From the NCBI GenBank assembly GCA_000004985.1, contig GG739010.1: a stretch of 11,476 bases of DNA. One strand, written 5' to 3'. The notes under the pieces were generated by a model. The model was given only the letters and a program-made list of their open reading frames with translations, did no database searches and was not told the DNA's origin. Below, one piece after another: positions 8,759 through 11,476 of this stretch. The stretch is from Naegleria gruberi (Eukaryota). A program made the position numbers and the translations under genes. The first letter of the stretch is position 1; every line of letters begins with the position of its first letter.

Positions 8759-9544
8759 ATGTTTTCAGAATCAACAGCCTCTTGCTACTTTGATGAGCCT
8801 GTTATATTTGAGACTCTTTCTACTCGGCGTGAGGTCTTACTAACAGACAAACACTCCGATTTTACAAAATCCAAAACACCTTTTAGATACGAAACTACAA
8901 TAGAATTCTCGAAAATGTATCAGTATCTGTTTTGGTTAAAAGTTATCTGGTGCATGATGATGGAAAATCTAGTGTTCCACTAACAGGATCTGGATTGTTG
9001 CTAACTCCAATACGTGAAGGAAGCAATTCAACGATTTTTATTGCAACTGCCCTACACTCCATTCTGCAATTTAGACACCCTCTAGTTGGATTAGAGGTAC
9101 ATTTTTGTAAGCACTCTTCATTGCCCATTTGTATTTTAAATGGTAAAGTTGTTAGTCATGGAAAACCCTTATCTCTGAAACTTTTTCCTAATGAAGATTG
9201 GGCAATAGTAGAACTCGATAAAACAAGTGGTGAAGTGTTTGATTTATTATTCAATAGTAATCAGCTTCCAGCAATCCCTTCCCTGTTGGTGATTCAACGA
9301 CCATCAAAAGTAGAGAAAACAATATTGAGTGATAGATATTCTATGGCACTTTTTTCCATTCTTCTCCCAACCTCTTAACAACAAGGAGATATGTATGGGT
9401 ATGGAACAATGCTTTCCGAGCAAGCACTTTTTCATACCTTATGCGATTGTTTTTGGAGCTATGGCTTTTAGTGTTGAAATTCCTTTCTTTGAGGAATGGT
9501 TGCTTTTAAAAGACATTGAGTTGATATACCAAGAAAAGCATTAA
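8759..9544 (+). CDS. Hypothetical protein, composite gene model over three ORF-track ORFs (8759-8983, 8932-9378, 9329-9544), joined by short introns or by one intron plus an assembly frameshift
   Basis: Three consecutive same-strand ORFs overlap in staggered frames (codon phases 2, 1, 2). The track starts of ORF2 and ORF3 are TTG and GTG, not ATG. The first real ATG in ORF3 leaves only a 50-aa product, so splicing is the likelier explanation. Junction 2: a GTAGAG donor at 9310 and an AG acceptor at 9384-9385 preceded by CTTAAC give a 76-nt intron (length 3n+1) that joins phase 1 to phase 2 exactly (...VIQRPSK|EICMGMEQCFPSKHFF...). Junction 1 needs an intron of length 3n+2. The candidates are GTATCA 8917 or GTATCT 8923 to AG 8972 (56 or 50 nt), or GTGAGG 8829 to CACTAACAG 8986 (158 nt). 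A 1-nt assembly error is the alternative. The protein has no domain I can name (…TGSGLLLTPIREGSNSTIFIATALHSILQFRHPLVGLEVHFCKHSSLPICILNGKVVSHGKPLSLKLFPNEDWAIVELDKTSGEVFDLLF…). Confidence 0.45.
9310..9385 (+). other. Candidate 76-nt intron joining exon 2 and exon 3 of the 8759-9544 gene
   Basis: GTAGAG donor sits at a phase-0 codon boundary. AG acceptor lies at 9384-9385 with cctCTTAACaacAAG upstream. Length 3n+1 converts phase 1 to phase 2 as required. The downstream frame opens only at 9329 (TGA at 9326-9328), so the acceptor must be at or after 9329. Confidence 0.4.
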
Positions 9545-9699
9545 AAAAAGGTAAAATAATCAACTTCGACATTCCTGAAGGCTACTATTCTCCTTTATGC
9601 TTGTGGGAGACTTTTCTTTTGATAGTGCAGAATCTTAGCTCTACATGTCCTTAATTGTTTTTTTAAATTTTACTAATCATCAAAATTGGAAAGTTGATC

Positions 9700-9705
9700 T
9701 TTATT
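9700..9705 (-). promoter_or_regulatory. Candidate poly(A) signal (AATAAA on minus strand) for the 10773-9741 gene
   Basis: Plus-strand tttatt at 9700-9705 is AATAAA on the minus strand. It lies 36-41 nt downstream of the minus-strand stop at 9741-9743. Confidence 0.3.
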
Positions 9706-9740
9706 GGTGTGCATTCCCTTCACACAACTCTATTTTCCAA

Positions 9741-10773
9741 TTAAAACTTATTAAATGCCAATCTTGGCTCTTCCAATAAAATTTCAGAATCAATATTTTG
9801 TCTTGGTGGTGTCATTGCCATAACGGTGTGTCTTCTTGTTGTTGGTTTTGTGGCCTCTTTTGGTTTTCCAATAAAATCATCATATACTTCATCACTCTTT
9901 TCTTCGTCATCAGTTTCAGATTGATTTGTGTAAAGATGAGCATGATGATCGAAGGCATCATGATAATGGTTTTGATTTTGATCATGCCCTGGATGAGCAT
10001 TCTTTGGAATATGCTGAGCTTTAGCCAAATATAGAGAAACACTGTGTCCTGCATGTAGGTAATGCGTTGACTTATCAAAGATGATGTACAAGTGAACAAA
10101 AACTTCCAAAATTTCCACTGCCAACTCTTCCTCAAGTGTAACTGTTTTGTAAGCAAATTCTCTGGNNNNNNNNNNNNNNNNNNNNNNNNNNNNNNNNNNN
10201 NNNNNNNNNNNNNNNAAAACAGATGATTCAATCCAGTTTACCCAAATTGAAAGAGGTTTCTTCCTGGAAATTGCAATCAATTCTCTGACATATCTGAAAG
10301 TGAAAAGTAAAATTAAAATAGCCATGTATAGATATGAAAGAACTTTGAATGCCATTTGCATATCCTTCTCTGTTTGATTATTTGTGTTTGAAGCTTTGCC
10401 CAATACGTCATTTGCTTGAACGTATGTAATAGTAGCAAACTTTTGTGTGATTTAGTTTAATTTATCCTTTCCAACAACCTACCTTTAGAACTGAATAAAT
10501 ATACATCTTTAATCTTCTATTTCCGATCGTCCAACTAGAAAATTTCTTCCATCTCCTTGCTACTGTATCAGTCCACGACCCATTATTATTTGATCCACCT
10601 CCATTATTATTATTAGGTTTAGTATTAAAATCTTTAATTGCCGAAGCATCAAAATATGGAGTAGAATCTGATAAACTATCTTCATTGTTGGTTTTTGATG
10701 TTGTTGGTGTCAACTTTCTGCCATACGCCTCTGAAACAATGAGTGGCTTTGATCCAGAACGATGTATCGACAT
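9741..10773 (-). CDS. Two-exon gene: S/N-rich N-terminal region, single TM helix, C-terminal domain with a His-rich acidic tail (exon 1 10773-10483, intron 10482-10440, exon 2 10439-9741; interrupted by a 50-N gap)
   Basis: ORF-track ORFs 10462-10773 (ATG start, MSIHRSGSKPLIV...) and 9741-10403 (TTG 'start') lie head-to-tail on the minus strand. Exon 1 ends ...TCA GTT CTA AAG, immediately followed by GTAGGT. A 43-nt intron follows (gtaggttgttggaaaggataaattaaACTAAATcacacaaaag), with an ACTAAAT branch-like motif 13 nt before the AG. Its length is 3n+1, exactly the shift needed from codon phase 0 to phase 2. Exon 2 opens FATITYVQANDVLGKASNTNNQTEKDMQMAFKVLSYLYMAILILLFTFRYVRE (one hydrophobic helix). 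It continues ...EFAYKTVTLEEELAVEILEVFVHLYIIFDKSTHYLHAGHSV...HPGHDQNQNHYHDAFDHHAHLY...SETDDEEKSDEVYDDF... and ends at a TAA. Confidence 0.5.
10166..10215. other. Assembly gap (50 N) inside the minus-strand CDS
   Basis: Run of n. About 17 codons are lost. The frame is conserved across it only if the true gap length is 3n+2, which is unknown. Confidence 0.99.
10440..10482 (-). other. Candidate 43-nt intron (GTAGGT...ACTAAAT...AG) joining ORF-track ORFs 10462-10773 and 9741-10403
   Basis: See the CDS entry above. Canonical donor, branch-like motif and acceptor are all present. Phase arithmetic is exact. Its size class matches the verified copine intron (42 nt). Confidence 0.45.
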
Positions 10774-11038
10774 TTTTTAATTTAGGTTGTTACTTTGTGA
10801 ATTAGAGAGAAACATGCTACCAATGAGAATCACGTTGTGATTGTTTGTGATTTGGAAATAAATGTAATCCGAAAGTTCTCTAGTAACTGTGATACAGCCT
10901 ATTTTATGTGTTTTTAGGAGAGTTTTTGAATGATTCATTTGGGAATCTTGTTAAAAAGATCATCAGCCTTTTAGTTCAGAATCAAATCGAATTTCGAAAT
11001 TGTTGTGGTGTGGCAAAATAATTTCTTCTTCAATCGAA
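10774..11038. promoter_or_regulatory. Divergent intergenic / promoter region between the minus-strand gene (ATG at 10773) and the plus-strand gene (ATG at 11039 or 11084)
   Basis: About 265 bp with no coding potential, flanked by two outward-facing start codons, each in an A-rich context. No specific element identified. Confidence 0.35.
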
Positions 11039-11476
11039 ATGATTACCTTCTTATTGAGGAATTTGTTAATAAAAAGAATTAAAATGACTACACCAACAAC
11101 TCAACAACAGCAAAGCAAAACACCAACAACAGAAGGCAATCATCACAATGAATTCTTCTTCAATGCATCAAACGTGCCGAAACCTCTAAAACTCAGTCTT
11201 CGATCCAAAATCAAAAACTATATGAAACATAATGGTTACTTTTTGGATATGGAAATTCTTCAGGTTATAATTTCCTTTCTCTTTTTTGTTATTTTCATTG
11301 CGGACGTTTACACAAATTTTGTTTTCTATTCGCAAATTTATCCTCAATCAAGGCCAACTCCTGAAAATTCCTTCTCACTCTCTGATCAACATATTCAATT
11401 CATGTTGCAGAGTATATTCATTTGTGATTTGATACTGTGTACCATAACTGTTTCATTGTGGTTCGTTTCCTTTCTC
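11039..11476 (+). CDS. Membrane protein, N-terminal fragment (cytosolic Q/T-rich N-terminus followed by at least 2 predicted TM helices). Runs off the 3' end of the window and is absent from the ORF track
   Basis: The frame is open from 10955 to the window end, with in-frame ATGs at 11039 (MITFLLRNLLIKRIK-) and 11084 (MTTPTTQQQQSKTPTTEGNHHNEFFFNASNVPKPLKLSLRSKIKNYMKHNGYFLDMEILQ). Two hydrophobic segments follow: VIISFLFFVIFIADVYTNFVFY and IFICDLILCTITVSLWFVSFL. A GT...TTGCAG stretch at 11264-11410 looks intron-like but reads through as a clean TM helix, so it is treated as coding. Confidence 0.5.
   Translation, partial: MITFLLRNLLIKRIKMTTPTTQQQQSKTPTTEGNHHNEFFFNASNVPKPLKLSLRSKIKNYMKHNGYFLDMEILQVIISFLFFVIFIADVYTNFVFYSQIYPQSRPTPENSFSLSDQHIQFMLQSIFICDLILCTITVSLWFVSFL

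Noticed and set aside
11264-11410. GT...pyrimidine-rich...TTGCAG stretch that looks like a 147-nt intron in the last gene
   Set aside because: It is in frame, stop-free, and encodes a textbook hydrophobic helix (VIISFLFFVIFIADVYTNFVFY). Coding is the simpler explanation.

Overview
This window reads as an AT-rich (about 65% AT), gene-dense, intron-poor nuclear scaffold from a eukaryotic draft assembly, not a prokaryotic locus. It contains three runs of N (1237-5319, 8271-8640, 10166-10215). I found no rRNA, tRNA, CRISPR array or transposon signatures. Seven gene-like units are recognisable. (1) The N-terminal roughly 340 aa of a WASP-family actin nucleation-promoting factor (WH1/EVH1 domain, basic stretch, CRIB/GBD motif, start of the polyproline region) runs into the 4-kb gap. 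(2) The C-terminal half of a copine (vWA-like 'A domain' with the GIDFTASNG signature) emerges from the same gap and contains a 42-nt spliceosomal intron that stays in frame, so the ORF track translates through it. (3) A weak 113-aa ORF lies in the 1.1-kb convergent spacer after the copine. (4) A minus-strand coiled-coil protein has its 5' end lost at the second gap. (5) A plus-strand hypothetical gene is split over three ORF-track frames, best explained by two short introns or by one assembly frameshift plus one intron. (6) A minus-strand gene is made of two ORF-track ORFs joined by a 43-nt intron, encoding a single-pass membrane protein with a His-rich acidic tail. (7) A plus-strand membrane protein starts at 11039/11084 and runs off the window end; it is absent from the ORF track. 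Three candidate introns, at three different loci, share a GTAAGT/GTAGGT/GTAGAG donor and a length of 42-76 nt; two of them have an ACTAAT-like branch motif about 13 nt before the AG. This fits a fungal-like or amoebozoan-like organism with very short introns. The ORF-track mega-ORFs spanning the N runs are gap artefacts. The track also accepts GTG/TTG as starts, so several listed 'M' residues are not real methionines.
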